Source: an uncultured Oscillospiraceae bacterium (GTDB lineage Bacteria > Bacillota > Clostridia > Oscillospirales > QAMX01). Taken from it: DNA of 64,000 nt. A model generated the notes under the pieces. It made no database searches. It saw nothing but the letters and a program-made list of their open reading frames with translations, and was not told the origin of the DNA. Location of the stretch: assembly GCA_964461815.1 (NCBI GenBank), contig CAYWVF010000009.1, positions 17,522 to 81,521 of the forward strand. Reading direction: 5' to 3'. The position numbers and the translations under genes are program-made. Below are positions 10,961 through 21,330 of this stretch, in pieces (within the stretch, counting starts at the first letter, position 1; each line of letters starts with the position of its first letter).

Positions 10961-12751
10961 ATGAAGATAACGAACGATATAAAGTACGTAGGCGTGAACG
11001 ATCATGCGGTCGATCTGTTCGAGGGGCAGTATACCGTTAAAAACGGAATGTCGTACAACTCATATATAATAAAAGATGAAAAGATAGCTGTAATGGACAC
11101 TGTGGATGCACGCTTCACTCACGAGTGGCTTGACAACATCGAGTCGGAGCTTGGCGGCCGCAAGCCCGACTACCTTGTGATCCAGCACATGGAGCCGGAT
11201 CATTCGGCAAACATTGCAAGCTTTATGGACGTTTACAAGGACACGGTGATAGTATCGAGTGCGAAAGCCTTTGCGATGATGAAGCAGTTTTTCGGCACTG
11301 ATTTTTCCGACAGACGCATAGTTGTAGGCGAGGGCGACACGCTGCCGCTCGGTAAGCACACACTGACCTTTGTGACCGCTCCGATGGTACACTGGCCCGA
11401 GGTCATAGTGACCTACGACAGCTTTGACAAGGTGCTCTTCTCCGCTGACGGCTTCGGTAAGTTCGGTGCGCTCGACGTTGATGAGGACTGGGACGATGAA
11501 GCACGCAGATACTATATCGGTATCGTAGGCAAGTACGGCGCTCAGGTGCAGAGCCTTTTGAAAAAAGCATCGTCACTTGACATCAGCATCATCTGCCCGC
11601 TGCACGGCCCTGTACTGACAGAGAAGCTCGGTCACTACCTTGAGCTGTACAACACCTGGTCATCGTATTCTGTCGAGACTGAGGGCATCGTTATCGCATA
11701 CACCTCCGTATACGGCAATACGAAAAAGGCTGTGGAAAAGCTTGCAGAGAAGCTGCGCTCGAAGAACTGCCCGAAGGTAGTCGTACATGATCTTGCACGC
11801 TGCGATATGTCTCAGGCTGTTGCGGATGCGTTCAGATACAGTAAGCTCGTGCTTGCTACCACCACCTACAATGCAGATATATTCCCGTTCATGAGAGAAT
11901 TTATTGAGCATCTCACCGAGAGAGGCTTCAAGAAACGCACGCTCGCTCTCATCGAGAACGGCTCATGGGCACCTCTTGCAGCTAAGGTAATGAAGAGTAT
12001 GCTCGAATCCTGCAAGGATCTCACCTTTACAGACGCTGCGGTACACATAAAGTCAGCACTCAGCGAGGAAAGTGCAGCTCAGCTCGATGCTATGGCTGAT
12101 GAGCTTTGCCGCGACTATATCGCACAGGTAGGTGAGACTGCAAATAAGAATGACCTGTCGGCACTCTTTAACATAGGCTACGGTCTGTATGTAGTCACCT
12201 CGAACGACGGTAAAAAGGATAACGGTCTTATCGTGAACACTGTGACTCAGGTCACGAACACTCCGAACCGTATCGCAGTGACGATAAACAAGGCTAACTA
12301 TTCACATCACATCATCAAGCAGACCGGCATCATGAACATAAACTGCCTGTCTACCGATGCACCGTTCAAGGTATTCGAGACGTTCGGCTTCCAGAGCGGA
12401 CGTACCGTGGATAAGTTTGCAGGCTGCACACCTATGCGCTCCGACAACGGACTCGTTTTCCTGCCCAGATACATCAATTCCTTTATGTCACTCAAGGTCG
12501 AGCAGTATATCGACCTCGACACTCACGGCATGTTCATATGCAGCATCACAGAAGCGAGAGTGATCTCCTCTGTCGAGACTATGACGTACACCTACTATCA
12601 GAGCAACGTTAAGCCGAAGCCTCAGACCGAGGGTGAAAAGGGCTACGTGTGTAAGGTATGCGGCTACGTCTACGAGGGTGACGAGCTGCCCGACGATTTC
12701 ATCTGCCCACTTTGCAAGCACGGAGTCGCAGACTTCGAGCCGATAGAGTAA
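10961..12751 (+). CDS. Multidomain flavodiiron protein: diiron MBL-like + flavodoxin-like + flavin-reductase-like + C-terminal rubredoxin
   Basis: HMEPDH diiron motif and a flavodoxin-like segment (IVIAYTSVYGNTKK). A flavin-reductase-like segment follows (GLYVVTSNDGKKDNGLIVNTV). The rubredoxin carries CKVCGY...CPLCKHG. Confidence 0.8.
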   Translation: MKITNDIKYVGVNDHAVDLFEGQYTVKNGMSYNSYIIKDEKIAVMDTVDARFTHEWLDNIESELGGRKPDYLVIQHMEPDHSANIASFMDVYKDTVIVSSAKAFAMMKQFFGTDFSDRRIVVGEGDTLPLGKHTLTFVTAPMVHWPEVIVTYDSFDKVLFSADGFGKFGALDVDEDWDDEARRYYIGIVGKYGAQVQSLLKKASSLDISIICPLHGPVLTEKLGHYLELYNTWSSYSVETEGIVIAYTSVYGNTKKAVEKLAEKLRSKNCPKVVVHDLARCDMSQAVADAFRYSKLVLATTTYNADIFPFMREFIEHLTERGFKKRTLALIENGSWAPLAAKVMKSMLESCKDLTFTDAAVHIKSALSEESAAQLDAMADELCRDYIAQVGETANKNDLSALFNIGYGLYVVTSNDGKKDNGLIVNTVTQVTNTPNRIAVTINKANYSHHIIKQTGIMNINCLSTDAPFKVFETFGFQSGRTVDKFAGCTPMRSDNGLVFLPRYINSFMSLKVEQYIDLDTHGMFICSITEARVISSVETMTYTYYQSNVKPKPQTEGEKGYVCKVCGYVYEGDELPDDFICPLCKHGVADFEPIE

Positions 12752-12758
12752 ATTACAG

Positions 12759-12786
12759 AGCCTCCGAGCTTTCGGAGGCTTTTTTG
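12759..12786 (+). terminator. Intrinsic terminator after the flavodiiron gene
   Basis: AGCCTCCGA-GCTT-TCGGAGGCT followed by TTTTT. Confidence 0.8.
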
Positions 12787-12815
12787 TTGCAATTTTCGAC
12801 TTGATATGATATAAT
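12787..12815 (+). promoter_or_regulatory. Sigma-A-type promoter for the MFS/GH78 operon
   Basis: TTGCAA (12787-12792), 17-nt spacer, TATAAT (12810-12815). Confidence 0.6.
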
Positions 12816-12845
12816 TTCGGTATATCATATTAAGGAGAGAACATC

Positions 12846-14081
12846 ATGTCGGACAAAATGATACGCCGAGTCAAGGCAGCCTGCTACACGACCAATCTAT
12901 CTATGTCAGTCGTGTCAAATCTTTCACCTATCCTGTTTCTTACCTTCCGTGATCTTTACGGGATATCCTACTCACTTCTCGGGCTTCTCGTGCTCATAAA
13001 CTTCGTCACTCAGCTGAGTATAGATTTGGCATTCTCGTTCTTCTCACACAAGATAAACATCCCGGCAGCCGTAAAGCTGACACCTGCGCTCACGTCTATC
13101 GGTATACTTATATTCGCTCTCTGGCCGTTTTTGTTCCCCGACAACGTATACATCGGACTCATTATCGGTACTATCATCTTTTCATCCTCCGGCGGCTTCG
13201 TCGAGGTGCTTCTCACACCTGTTATCTCAGCTCTGCCGGCAAAGGACGTTGACCGTGAGGTCAGTAAGCTGCACTCCATATACGCCTGGGGAGTCGTAGC
13301 GGTAGTTATCATCACGACACTGTACATCCTCGCATTCGGAGGCGAGAACTGGCAGTGGCTGGCACTCGTATTCTCTATCATACCGATAGCCGCATTCCTG
13401 CTGTTCCTGCGCTCCGACATCCCTCACATGGATACGCCCGAGCACGCAGGCAGCGTACTTCATATGCTGAAAAGCAAGACGCTGTGGATGTGCTTCATGC
13501 TCATCTTCCTCGGCGGTGCGGCTGAATGCACGATGGCACAGTGGAGCTCAAGCTACCTCGAGCAGGCTGTAGGCATCCCGAAGGCTATGGGCGATATCCT
13601 CGGAGTCGCAATGTTCTACGTCATGCTCGGACTCGGACGCTCACTCTACGGTAAGTACGGCAAAAATATAGAGCGTGTACTTCTCGTATGCATCATCTCG
13701 ACTGCCGTTTGCTATGTCGTAGCCACAGTATCCTTTGTACCGTACATCGGACTTATCGCATGTGCTCTCACCGGCTTCTGTGCATCGATGCTCTGGCCGG
13801 GCAGCATTATAGTCGCTACGGAGCGCTTCCCCGTAGGCGGTGTTTTCATATTCGCAATGATGGCGGCAGGCGGTGACCTCGGCGCATCCATATGTCCTCA
13901 GCTCATAGGCATCATCACAGACGCTGCCATAGCAAATCCGCAGCTGTCCTCACTTGCTTCATCTATGGGACTCATGCCCGATCAGCTCGGTATGAAGCTC
14001 GGCATGTTCATTGCCGCACTCTTCCCGATCTCCGCAATACCGCTGTTCCTGCACGTATACAAAACAAGAAAGCGAGACTAG
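12846..14081 (+). CDS. MFS transporter (probable sugar/glycoside importer)
   Basis: 411 aa, about 12 hydrophobic helices. Its stop lies 3 nt before the GH78-like gene. Confidence 0.7.
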   Translation: MSDKMIRRVKAACYTTNLSMSVVSNLSPILFLTFRDLYGISYSLLGLLVLINFVTQLSIDLAFSFFSHKINIPAAVKLTPALTSIGILIFALWPFLFPDNVYIGLIIGTIIFSSSGGFVEVLLTPVISALPAKDVDREVSKLHSIYAWGVVAVVIITTLYILAFGGENWQWLALVFSIIPIAAFLLFLRSDIPHMDTPEHAGSVLHMLKSKTLWMCFMLIFLGGAAECTMAQWSSSYLEQAVGIPKAMGDILGVAMFYVMLGLGRSLYGKYGKNIERVLLVCIISTAVCYVVATVSFVPYIGLIACALTGFCASMLWPGSIIVATERFPVGGVFIFAMMAAGGDLGASICPQLIGIITDAAIANPQLSSLASSMGLMPDQLGMKLGMFIAALFPISAIPLFLHVYKTRKRD

Positions 14082-14084
14082 ACA

Positions 14085-16064
14085 ATGTATATCTGTCATC
14101 CCGATTTTTCTAAGCTCAAGCCTCTCAACGTATTCCACAAGGAGCACGCTGAGTTTAATGCCGAGCCTCACCCGGAGTCGCTGATGAACCGTCACATACT
14201 GTTCCGCAGGAGGATGAATATAGAGCATGTAAAAAAAGCCGTGCTCAGAATAACAGCCGACGACTACTTTAAGCTCTACATAAATTCTAGCTTCGTAACT
14301 CAAGGCCCTGCCGCAGGCTATATCGATTCGTACAATCTGATGGAGCTTGACGTGTCGGAATACCTCGTTGACGGAGAAAATACCTTCGCCGTACACACCT
14401 ACTATCAAGGACTCATCAACCGTGTATGGGTATCGGGTGATCTGCGTGAGATGCTGTTTTTCGAGCTGTACAATGACGGTGAGCTGATACTCGAAGGCGA
14501 CACCTCATGGAAATGTGCATATCACACAGGCTACACCGACTGCGGCAAGGTCGGCTACGATACAGCCTTTATGGAATGCTACGACAGCGGTGCTCCCGAG
14601 GTACACTTTCACGAGCGTGACTTCGACGACAGCTCATGGGGATATGCCGCACTGCGTGAGACTGCTGACTATACTCTTAAAAGGCAGACAATAAAGCTGC
14701 TTGACATCTACGACGCAGAGCCTCGGTCGATAGAGCGAGTCGGTGATACTATCCGTATCGACATGGGCTTTGAGGCTGTAGGCTACGTCTGTGCCGATGC
14801 GAGAGGTGAAAAAGGCTCATGCATCGTTATAAGATGCGGTGAGGAGCGAAACAGTGACGGCAGTGTACGCTTCGACATGCGCTGTAATTGCAAATACGAG
14901 GAAAAATGGATCCTCTCCGGCGGTGATGATACGCTCGACCAGTACGACTACAAGGCGTTTCGGTACATAGAGCTTATCATACCGAGCGGTGCCGAAATAA
15001 AAAACATACGCATGAGGGTAAGACATTATCCGTTTGAAAAAAAGGCTGTGTACTCGACAGCAAACGAGAAGCTTCAAAGGATACTGAGGCTCTGCGAGGA
15101 CACGATAAAATACGGAACACAGGAAAATTTCATGGACTGCCCTACACGTGAAAAGGGTCAGTATCTCGGCGATGTATCTATCGCAGGCCGCTCACATGCG
15201 GTGCTGACGGGAGATACATCGATGATGAAGAAGGCTATAATGAGCTTCTGCCGCTCATCGTTCATCTGTCCCGGCTTGATGGCTGTTTCCGATTCGTCAC
15301 TCATGCAGGAGATAGCGGACTACTCTCTCCAGCTCCCCTCTCAGGTGTGCTGGACGTACGCCATGGACGGTGATCTCGAGTTTACAGCATCACTTGAGCC
15401 GTATATGACAGGTCTTTACGAGTATTTTCTGGGGTATATGAACACCGACGGGCTGATAGGCTCGGTCAAGGATAAGTGGAACCTCGTGGACTGGCCTGAA
15501 AATCTGCGTGACGACTATGATTTTGAGCTGACAAAGCCCATCGGCGACGGTATTTACAACGTACTCAATGCATTCTGGTGCGGCTTCCTTGAAGCGATGG
15601 ACGAATATTATACTATCATAGGAAAGCCTGTGACGGGACTCACCGATAAGGTAAAGAGGTCGTTCATCAGGGAATTTTACTCGGAGGAAACAGGCTTATT
15701 CGTAGATGCACCCACCTCAAAGCACTCCGCACTGCATTCTAATATACTGCCTCTGCTGTTTGAGATAGGTACTGAGGATGAAGCTCTCAAAAACCGTCTC
15801 ATCGACTACGTTTACAGCCGTAGACTCACCTGCGTAGGCGTATACATGGCATATTTCGCACTTGCCGCACTGAAAAAGCACGGCAGATACGAGCTTGCCG
15901 AGGAGCTTGCAACGGATGACGGTCTGTGGCTTTTGATGCTCTCCGAGGGTGCGACTACCACCTTTGAAGCATGGGGCAAGGAGCAAAAGTGGAACACCAG
16001 CCTATTCCACCCATGGGCTACCGCTCCGTCGATAATATTCGCCGACGGTATACGACCGTACTGA
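14085..16064 (+). CDS. GH78-like alpha-L-rhamnosidase family protein
   Basis: 659 aa with no signal peptide. DCPTREKGQYLGD matches the Bac_rhamnosid six-hairpin domain signature. Confidence 0.7.
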   Translation: MYICHPDFSKLKPLNVFHKEHAEFNAEPHPESLMNRHILFRRRMNIEHVKKAVLRITADDYFKLYINSSFVTQGPAAGYIDSYNLMELDVSEYLVDGENTFAVHTYYQGLINRVWVSGDLREMLFFELYNDGELILEGDTSWKCAYHTGYTDCGKVGYDTAFMECYDSGAPEVHFHERDFDDSSWGYAALRETADYTLKRQTIKLLDIYDAEPRSIERVGDTIRIDMGFEAVGYVCADARGEKGSCIVIRCGEERNSDGSVRFDMRCNCKYEEKWILSGGDDTLDQYDYKAFRYIELIIPSGAEIKNIRMRVRHYPFEKKAVYSTANEKLQRILRLCEDTIKYGTQENFMDCPTREKGQYLGDVSIAGRSHAVLTGDTSMMKKAIMSFCRSSFICPGLMAVSDSSLMQEIADYSLQLPSQVCWTYAMDGDLEFTASLEPYMTGLYEYFLGYMNTDGLIGSVKDKWNLVDWPENLRDDYDFELTKPIGDGIYNVLNAFWCGFLEAMDEYYTIIGKPVTGLTDKVKRSFIREFYSEETGLFVDAPTSKHSALHSNILPLLFEIGTEDEALKNRLIDYVYSRRLTCVGVYMAYFALAALKKHGRYELAEELATDDGLWLLMLSEGATTTFEAWGKEQKWNTSLFHPWATAPSIIFADGIRPY

Positions 16065-16128
16065 TAAAAAAACAGCAGCCCTCCGCCGCCTGCTCCGAGC
16101 AGCATCACGGCAGTACCTAAGATAAATA

Positions 16129-16166
16129 CAAAAAAGTCTCCCTTTTCGGGAGACTTTGCTTTTTAT
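16129..16166. terminator. Bidirectional terminator (GH78-like gene / smpB)
   Basis: AAAAA, then AGTCTCCC-TTTTC-GGGAGACT, then TTGCTTTTT between convergent genes. Confidence 0.75.
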
Positions 16167-16619
16167 TCAGTTGTTTTTCATGCTTCTTGCCATCTCACGT
16201 CCGGCGTCACGTCTTGCGATATCCTCACGCTTATCATACAGCTTCTTACCCTTTGCAAGTGCTATCTCAAGCTTCACTCTCGAGTCCTTAAGATACACCG
16301 ACAGCGGAATTATCGCATATCCGTCACGCTTTACGTGGCCTAAAAGCCTCATGATCTCTCTTTTGTGCATCAAAAGCTTTTTATCTCGCATTGGATCACG
16401 GTTGAATATATTGCCCTTTTCGTATGGGCTTATATGCATACCGTGTACGAACAGCTCACCGTCTCTTACGGTGCAAAACGAATCCTTTAGATTGACCGCT
16501 CCGCCTCGTATGCTCTTTACCTCTGTACCGGCAAGGGATATGCCCGCTTCGAATTTCTCTATCACATGATAATCATGATATGCTTTCTTGTTTGCCGCTA
16601 TCAATTTTGTTCCGGCCAT
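16167..16619 (-). CDS. smpB: SsrA-binding protein SmpB
   Basis: [29 protein letters not shown] signature. I prefer the start at 16619 ([19 protein letters not shown]) over the longer track ORF. Confidence 0.9.
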   Translation of the reverse strand: MAGTKLIAANKKAYHDYHVIEKFEAGISLAGTEVKSIRGGAVNLKDSFCTVRDGELFVHGMHISPYEKGNIFNRDPMRDKKLLMHKREIMRLLGHVKRDGYAIIPLSVYLKDSRVKLEIALAKGKKLYDKREDIARRDAGREMARSMKNN

Positions 16620-16693
16620 CCCGACACCGCCTTTCATTGGTATTATAATTATAACCGCATCGAGGTCTTTCGTCAAGTATTTTCACTCGACAT

Positions 16694-17176
16694 TTAATAT
16701 AGCTTATCTGCAATATTTATGACTGTTAAGCCCTTGCCCACGGCGTATTTCGCAGTGTATGCCGTACCGCCGGTGTCCTTTGTCATATAGCAGATACAGT
16801 ACTGAGAATTGTCTACCATGAATCTGTTGCGTACATGCATACAGCCTCTCCTGTATTCCTCCGACAGATAGGTATATCTGTCGCAGCTCTCCTTTATGCT
16901 GTTGTACCGTCTGATCTCATCATAGCTCCATTTCTTTTCCTGACCCTTGCACGGCAGCGCAAGCACCAGCTCTACCTCAGGCCGCTTCTCCCTGATGCTC
17001 AGCACAAGCTCCTCCGCCAGCATATCAAAGCCGAGTGCTCCGCCGGCGTAAAAAACATGTACTCCCCTGTCTATAAGCGCATTGATCTCGTCTCGCAGTA
17101 TCTCCTTAATCCTTTCATACTGACCCTGCGGTATGTCCCTGTGTCCTGTAAAACAGCAAGAATTTCCATCCATCAC
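16694..17176 (-). CDS. SLOG/DUF1273 family protein (YspA/UPF0398-like)
   Basis: 160 aa with the CCFTGHR...GGALGFD pattern typical of DUF1273. Confidence 0.6.
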   Translation of the reverse strand: MMDGNSCCFTGHRDIPQGQYERIKEILRDEINALIDRGVHVFYAGGALGFDMLAEELVLSIREKRPEVELVLALPCKGQEKKWSYDEIRRYNSIKESCDRYTYLSEEYRRGCMHVRNRFMVDNSQYCICYMTKDTGGTAYTAKYAVGKGLTVINIADKLY

Positions 17177-17280
17177 AGCTTACTCCTTCTATATTGATAC
17201 TATGATTATAGCAACAAGTACATACAAAGTCAACTACATAAAATCATACCGCAAGCGATATGATCATATAGCAAGTATAT

Positions 17281-17313
17281 AATAAAAGAGGCAGCCTATA
17301 TCAGACTGCCTCG
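17281..17313 (-). terminator. Intrinsic terminator after the dehydrogenase gene
   Basis: On the minus strand, GAGGCAG-loop-CTGCCTC followed by TTTTATT, directly after the stop at 17319. Confidence 0.7.
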
Positions 17314-17318
17314 CTTTT

Positions 17319-18332
17319 TTAGAACTCGACCATGACCTTCATCGCTTTATCCTTCTGCTCGTCGATGATCTTATATGCTTCTATATAATTGTCGAACTTG
17401 ACGTGATGAGTAACAAGTGTATCGAACTCGATCAGCTCCTCACCTGCGAGTCTGATAGCCTCAACATAGTCCTCTACACGGTACATCGCAGAGCCTGTGA
17501 GTCTCAGCTCATGATCCTGAACGAAGCCCATGTTTACCGGAGCAGGCTCACCTACTACGCCTACTACGATAATATCGCTGCCCTTACGTGCGATCTCTAT
17601 AAGCTCGGCTATCGTGTACTTGCTGCCGATGCACTCGAACATAACGTCTGCACCGTCAGGGCCGAACTCCTCGAATATAGCCTCACGGAGGTTCTTTTCC
17701 TTCGGATTTACCGTCTTGATGCCGCACTTCTTTGCAGCATTGAGTCTGTACTCGCTCAGCTCGCTGAGAAGCACGTTAGCGCCCATAGCCTTAGCAGTCT
17801 GAGCTACGAGGTTTCCGATCGGGCCGCCGCCTACTACTACCGCACATTTGCCCTTGATGTCACCGAAGCGTCTTACAGCATGTACCGCAACAGCCAACGG
17901 CTCTATCATTGCGCCGTGCTCATAGCTCATGCCATCCGGGAGCTTCAATGCCTTTGCAGCCTCTGTTACAAAGTAGTCGCTGAACATACCCGTAGTCTGG
18001 AAGCCCATTACCTTGAGCTCCTCGCAGTCGTTGTACATGCCGTGCGTACACGGATAGCACTTGCCGCATACGACCTGAGGCTGGATCGTTACAAGATCGC
18101 CTACCTTGAAGCCCTCTACCTTGTCTCCGAGCTTATCTATTACCGCAGCTACCTCATGTCCCTGTACTACCGGGTATGAGGTGTACGGATGCTTGCCGTG
18201 GTATACGTGGATGTCCGAGCCGCAGATACCTATCATCACCATTTTTACTCTTATCTGACCCTCGCCCGGCTCGGGTATCGGAACTTCTCTGTATTCAATT
18301 ACGCCCGGTTGCGTCATTACAGCCTGCTTCAT
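17319..18332 (-). CDS. Zn-dependent medium-chain polyol/alcohol dehydrogenase (sorbitol/threonine DH family)
   Basis: GICGSDIHVYHGKHP zinc motif, GGGPIG Rossmann motif, 337 aa. Confidence 0.8.
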   Translation of the reverse strand: MKQAVMTQPGVIEYREVPIPEPGEGQIRVKMVMIGICGSDIHVYHGKHPYTSYPVVQGHEVAAVIDKLGDKVEGFKVGDLVTIQPQVVCGKCYPCTHGMYNDCEELKVMGFQTTGMFSDYFVTEAAKALKLPDGMSYEHGAMIEPLAVAVHAVRRFGDIKGKCAVVVGGGPIGNLVAQTAKAMGANVLLSELSEYRLNAAKKCGIKTVNPKEKNLREAIFEEFGPDGADVMFECIGSKYTIAELIEIARKGSDIIVVGVVGEPAPVNMGFVQDHELRLTGSAMYRVEDYVEAIRLAGEELIEFDTLVTHHVKFDNYIEAYKIIDEQKDKAMKVMVEF

Positions 18333-18344
18333 AACAATATCTCC

Positions 18345-19208
18345 TTATTTTTCAAAAATATTTTTTATAAACTCGACCGACTCAGCCGCAGCCTCATCGA
18401 GGTCACGTCCATGTGTCAGATCACGCCATACCTTTATATCGGAGCCTACCTGACCGCCCATCATCACGAACGGCTCCATGACTACAGCTCCGTTGTAGCC
18501 TATCGAATGAAGTGCATCGGCGATACCTGCCCACGGTACACGACCGTAAGCGCCCGGCAGTCTGCGGTTCACCTCACCTATGTGCAGATGCCCTAGTCTT
18601 TTTCCTACAGACAGTATCGCACCCTCGATGCTGTCCTCCTCCATATTCATATGGTATGTGTCCAGCATCACCTTTACGTTCGGCTTTCCTACCTCATCCA
18701 CGTAGCTTATGCACTCACTCGCCTCGTTGAGCAGATACCCCTCGTGACGGTTGAGCACCTCCATGCCCAGCTCGATGCCGTATTCACCTGCCATATCAGC
18801 CATTATACGCATTCCCCTGATGCTGCGCTCCAGGTCTCCTGCCTTGTCTATAGGCTTTGAGTAATCGACAGGCCAGTAGGAATACAGACCTCCGCCTACT
18901 ATACTCACTCCAAGCTCGTGAAGCACGGGGAATGTTCTTTTCCAGAAATCGAGTGTATTCGCAACTATCGCCGGATCGGAGGACGCTATGTTCTCCGTAG
19001 GCTTAGGCCCGTAGCCGCCTGTGATGATGATCCCATGCTCATCCCTTGCATTCTTAAGCTCATCTATCTCCCTGCGGCTCATGTATGGTACGGATGCACA
19101 GGATATCTCCAGGATATCAAAGCCAAGCTTTTTTACTCTCTCAACATAGGGAGCATAATCTCCTCCCCATTCCTTTGCCCAGTATGCGTAGTAAATACCG
19201 TACTTCAC
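18345..19208 (-). CDS. D-psicose (D-allulose)/D-tagatose 3-epimerase family ketose 3-epimerase
   Basis: By recollection it tracks characterised clostridial DPEases along its length (MKYGIYYAYW..., LGFDILEI, GGALYSYWPVDY, VMLDTYHMNMEED, GHLHIGE). GTG start with a GGAGG RBS 8 nt upstream. Confidence 0.8.
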   Translation of the reverse strand: MKYGIYYAYWAKEWGGDYAPYVERVKKLGFDILEISCASVPYMSRREIDELKNARDEHGIIITGGYGPKPTENIASSDPAIVANTLDFWKRTFPVLHELGVSIVGGGLYSYWPVDYSKPIDKAGDLERSIRGMRIMADMAGEYGIELGMEVLNRHEGYLLNEASECISYVDEVGKPNVKVMLDTYHMNMEEDSIEGAILSVGKRLGHLHIGEVNRRLPGAYGRVPWAGIADALHSIGYNGAVVMEPFVMMGGQVGSDIKVWRDLTHGRDLDEAAAESVEFIKNIFEK

Positions 19209-19224
19209 TCACATTACCTCCGCT

Positions 19225-19629
19225 CTACTTCTTCTCGTTCTGCTCCTTAAGCAGGTCACGTATCTCCGTAAGTAAAACCTCTTCCTTTGACGGCTCCGGA
19301 GGTGCCTTTGGAGCTTCCTCCTTCTTACGTCTGAACTTGTTGATGAGCTTGACCATCACGAATATCACGAAAGCGATGATGATGAAGTCAACAATAGTCT
19401 GAATGAATACTCCGTACGCTATCGCTACAGGCTCTCCGCCGTTCACGGGCGTGATCGGAGCTGTTGTCAGAGTCGAGAAATTGATACCGCCGAGTATAAG
19501 ACCGACAAGAGGCATTATAATGTCGTTTACGAGCGATGAAACTATTTTAGAGAACGCTCCGCCGACGATAACACCGACTGCCATATCCACTACGTTGCCG
19601 CGTGATATGAATTCCTTGAACTCCTTCAT
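19225..19629 (-). CDS. mscL: Large-conductance mechanosensitive channel MscL
   Basis: [26 protein letters not shown] signature. I prefer the start at 19629, because the longer track ORF would overlap parB. Confidence 0.85.
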   Translation of the reverse strand: MKEFKEFISRGNVVDMAVGVIVGGAFSKIVSSLVNDIIMPLVGLILGGINFSTLTTAPITPVNGGEPVAIAYGVFIQTIVDFIIIAFVIFVMVKLINKFRRKKEEAPKAPPEPSKEEVLLTEIRDLLKEQNEKK

Positions 19630-19693
19630 AAACTTAGCTGCCACCTTTAATTCCCCCTCAAGTTTTTTGTTTTTTATCACCTTTTTCATAAAA

Positions 19694-20542
19694 TTACGCT
19701 CCAAACAATTTTAAAAGCTCGTTGAGGTCACTGTCGCCGTAGTATTCTATCGTCAGAGTACCCTTGCGGCGTCCGTTCTTTATCACGACACGTCTGCCTA
19801 TGTGCTCCGATACCGTCTTTGCCGTCTCGTCGTAGTAGTCTACGCTGACCTTTTCCTGCTCCTTGACCTTTTTAGGCTCTTCATTTTTAATATTTTTTAC
19901 TATTTTTTCTATCTCACGTACAGATATGCCCTCGCTTACGCATTTATCCGCAAGCTCGTCTATCTTATCATTATCCGACAACGACAGCAGCACCTTTGCA
20001 TGACCCTCGGACAGATCACCGTCCGCTACAAGGTCACGTGTATGCTCGGGAAGTGTCAGGAGTCGAAGTGAGTTTGCAACTGACGGACGTGATTTTCCGA
20101 CAAGCCTTGCAGTCTCCTCCTGTGTCATGCCGGAAGTAGTCATAAGGTGACTGTAGCCCAGTGCCTCCTCCATCGGATTCAGATCCTCACGCTGCAAATT
20201 CTCGACCAGCGCAAGCACTCCGCTCTTTACATCGTCGGCATCGAGCACCACAGCATCCACTACCGTGAGCTTTGCAAGCCTCGATGCACGCCAGCGGCGT
20301 TCACCGGAGATTATCTCATACCGTCCGTCAGCCTTTTCACGCACTATGATAGGCTGAAGCAGACCGTGCTCACTGATCGACTCTGCCAGTGATTCGAGTG
20401 CCTCCTCTTTAAATTCCTTTCTCGGCTGATTCGGGTTAGGCTCTATCTCGCTCAAACGCAGCTTTCTCACCTTGTTCTGTTCGAGCATTGCAACTTCCTC
20501 GCCAAACAATGCCGAAAGACCCTTTCCCAGGCCTTTAGCCAT
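19694..20542 (-). CDS. parB: Chromosome partitioning protein ParB/Spo0J
   Basis: The ParB box ([20 protein letters not shown]) and an HTH segment are present, and the gene follows parA. Confidence 0.9.
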   Translation of the reverse strand: MAKGLGKGLSALFGEEVAMLEQNKVRKLRLSEIEPNPNQPRKEFKEEALESLAESISEHGLLQPIIVREKADGRYEIISGERRWRASRLAKLTVVDAVVLDADDVKSGVLALVENLQREDLNPMEEALGYSHLMTTSGMTQEETARLVGKSRPSVANSLRLLTLPEHTRDLVADGDLSEGHAKVLLSLSDNDKIDELADKCVSEGISVREIEKIVKNIKNEEPKKVKEQEKVSVDYYDETAKTVSEHIGRRVVIKNGRRKGTLTIEYYGDSDLNELLKLFGA

Positions 20543-20569
20543 GTCTTATCTCCCCTTTTAGATAGGATT

Positions 20570-21328
20570 TTATGTATTTCTCATAATAATATATTCCGCT
20601 GCCTTTTTATAGCACTTACTGCCCTTTGAGGCTGCATCATAGTGCGTTACAGGCATACCGTGACTCGGAGCCTCGCTCAGTCTCACGTTTCTCGGCACTA
20701 CCATCGGCATCACGTTCTTTCCGAAGTGACGCTTTACCTCGGTACATACCTGTGCGGATAAATTTGTCCTGCTGTCAAACATCGTCAGCAGTATACCCTC
20801 AAGCTCTATATCTGGATTTATCGTATCCTTTACCGTCCTCACCGTATTCATGAGCTGACTCAGACCCTCAAGTGCATAATACTCACATTGCAGCGGTATA
20901 AGTACACTGTCACATGCCACGAGTGCATTCAGTGTCAGAAGCCCAAGCGACGGAGGGCAGTCTATGATGATGAAATCGTATTCGAATATCACGCTTGAAA
21001 GCGCTTTTTTCAGAAGCTTCTCACGCTCAGGATAGTCTACTATCCCTATCTCCGCACCTGCAAGCTGTATCGATGAGGGAAGCACGTCGCAGTAATCTGT
21101 CTTTATCACCGCATCCTTTATCGGGCAGCCGTCCACAAGCACGTCGTACATGCTCTTATCCACATTATCCTGCTCGATTCCCAGTCCCGACGTAGCGTTT
21201 GACTGAGGATCGCAGTCTATCAGCATCGTGCGCTTACCGCTAAGTGCCAGCGCAGCGGCGAGATTCACGCTCGTCGTCGTCTTTCCCACGCCGCCCTTCT
21301 GGTTGGCGACAGCGATGATCTTACCCAA
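20570..21328 (-). CDS. parA: Chromosome partitioning ATPase ParA/Soj
   Basis: Deviant Walker A (NQKGGVGKTTT), 252 aa. Confidence 0.92.
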   Translation of the reverse strand: MGKIIAVANQKGGVGKTTTSVNLAAALALSGKRTMLIDCDPQSNATSGLGIEQDNVDKSMYDVLVDGCPIKDAVIKTDYCDVLPSSIQLAGAEIGIVDYPEREKLLKKALSSVIFEYDFIIIDCPPSLGLLTLNALVACDSVLIPLQCEYYALEGLSQLMNTVRTVKDTINPDIELEGILLTMFDSRTNLSAQVCTEVKRHFGKNVMPMVVPRNVRLSEAPSHGMPVTHYDAASKGSKCYKKAAEYIIMRNT

Positions 21329-21330
21329 TG

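Noticed and set aside
15135-15160. parS-like sites around CACGTG cores. Examples: CTACACGTGAAAAG near 15141 and TTCCACGTGTAC near 48370
   Set aside because: Each has at least 5 mismatches to TGTTNCACGTGAAACA and lies inside a coding region or an unrelated spacer. They are not credible parS sites.
16065-16166. Expected tmRNA (ssrA) next to smpB
   Set aside because: Only about 100 nt lie downstream of smpB, and a bidirectional terminator occupies them. That is too short for a tmRNA of about 350 nt, so ssrA must lie elsewhere.
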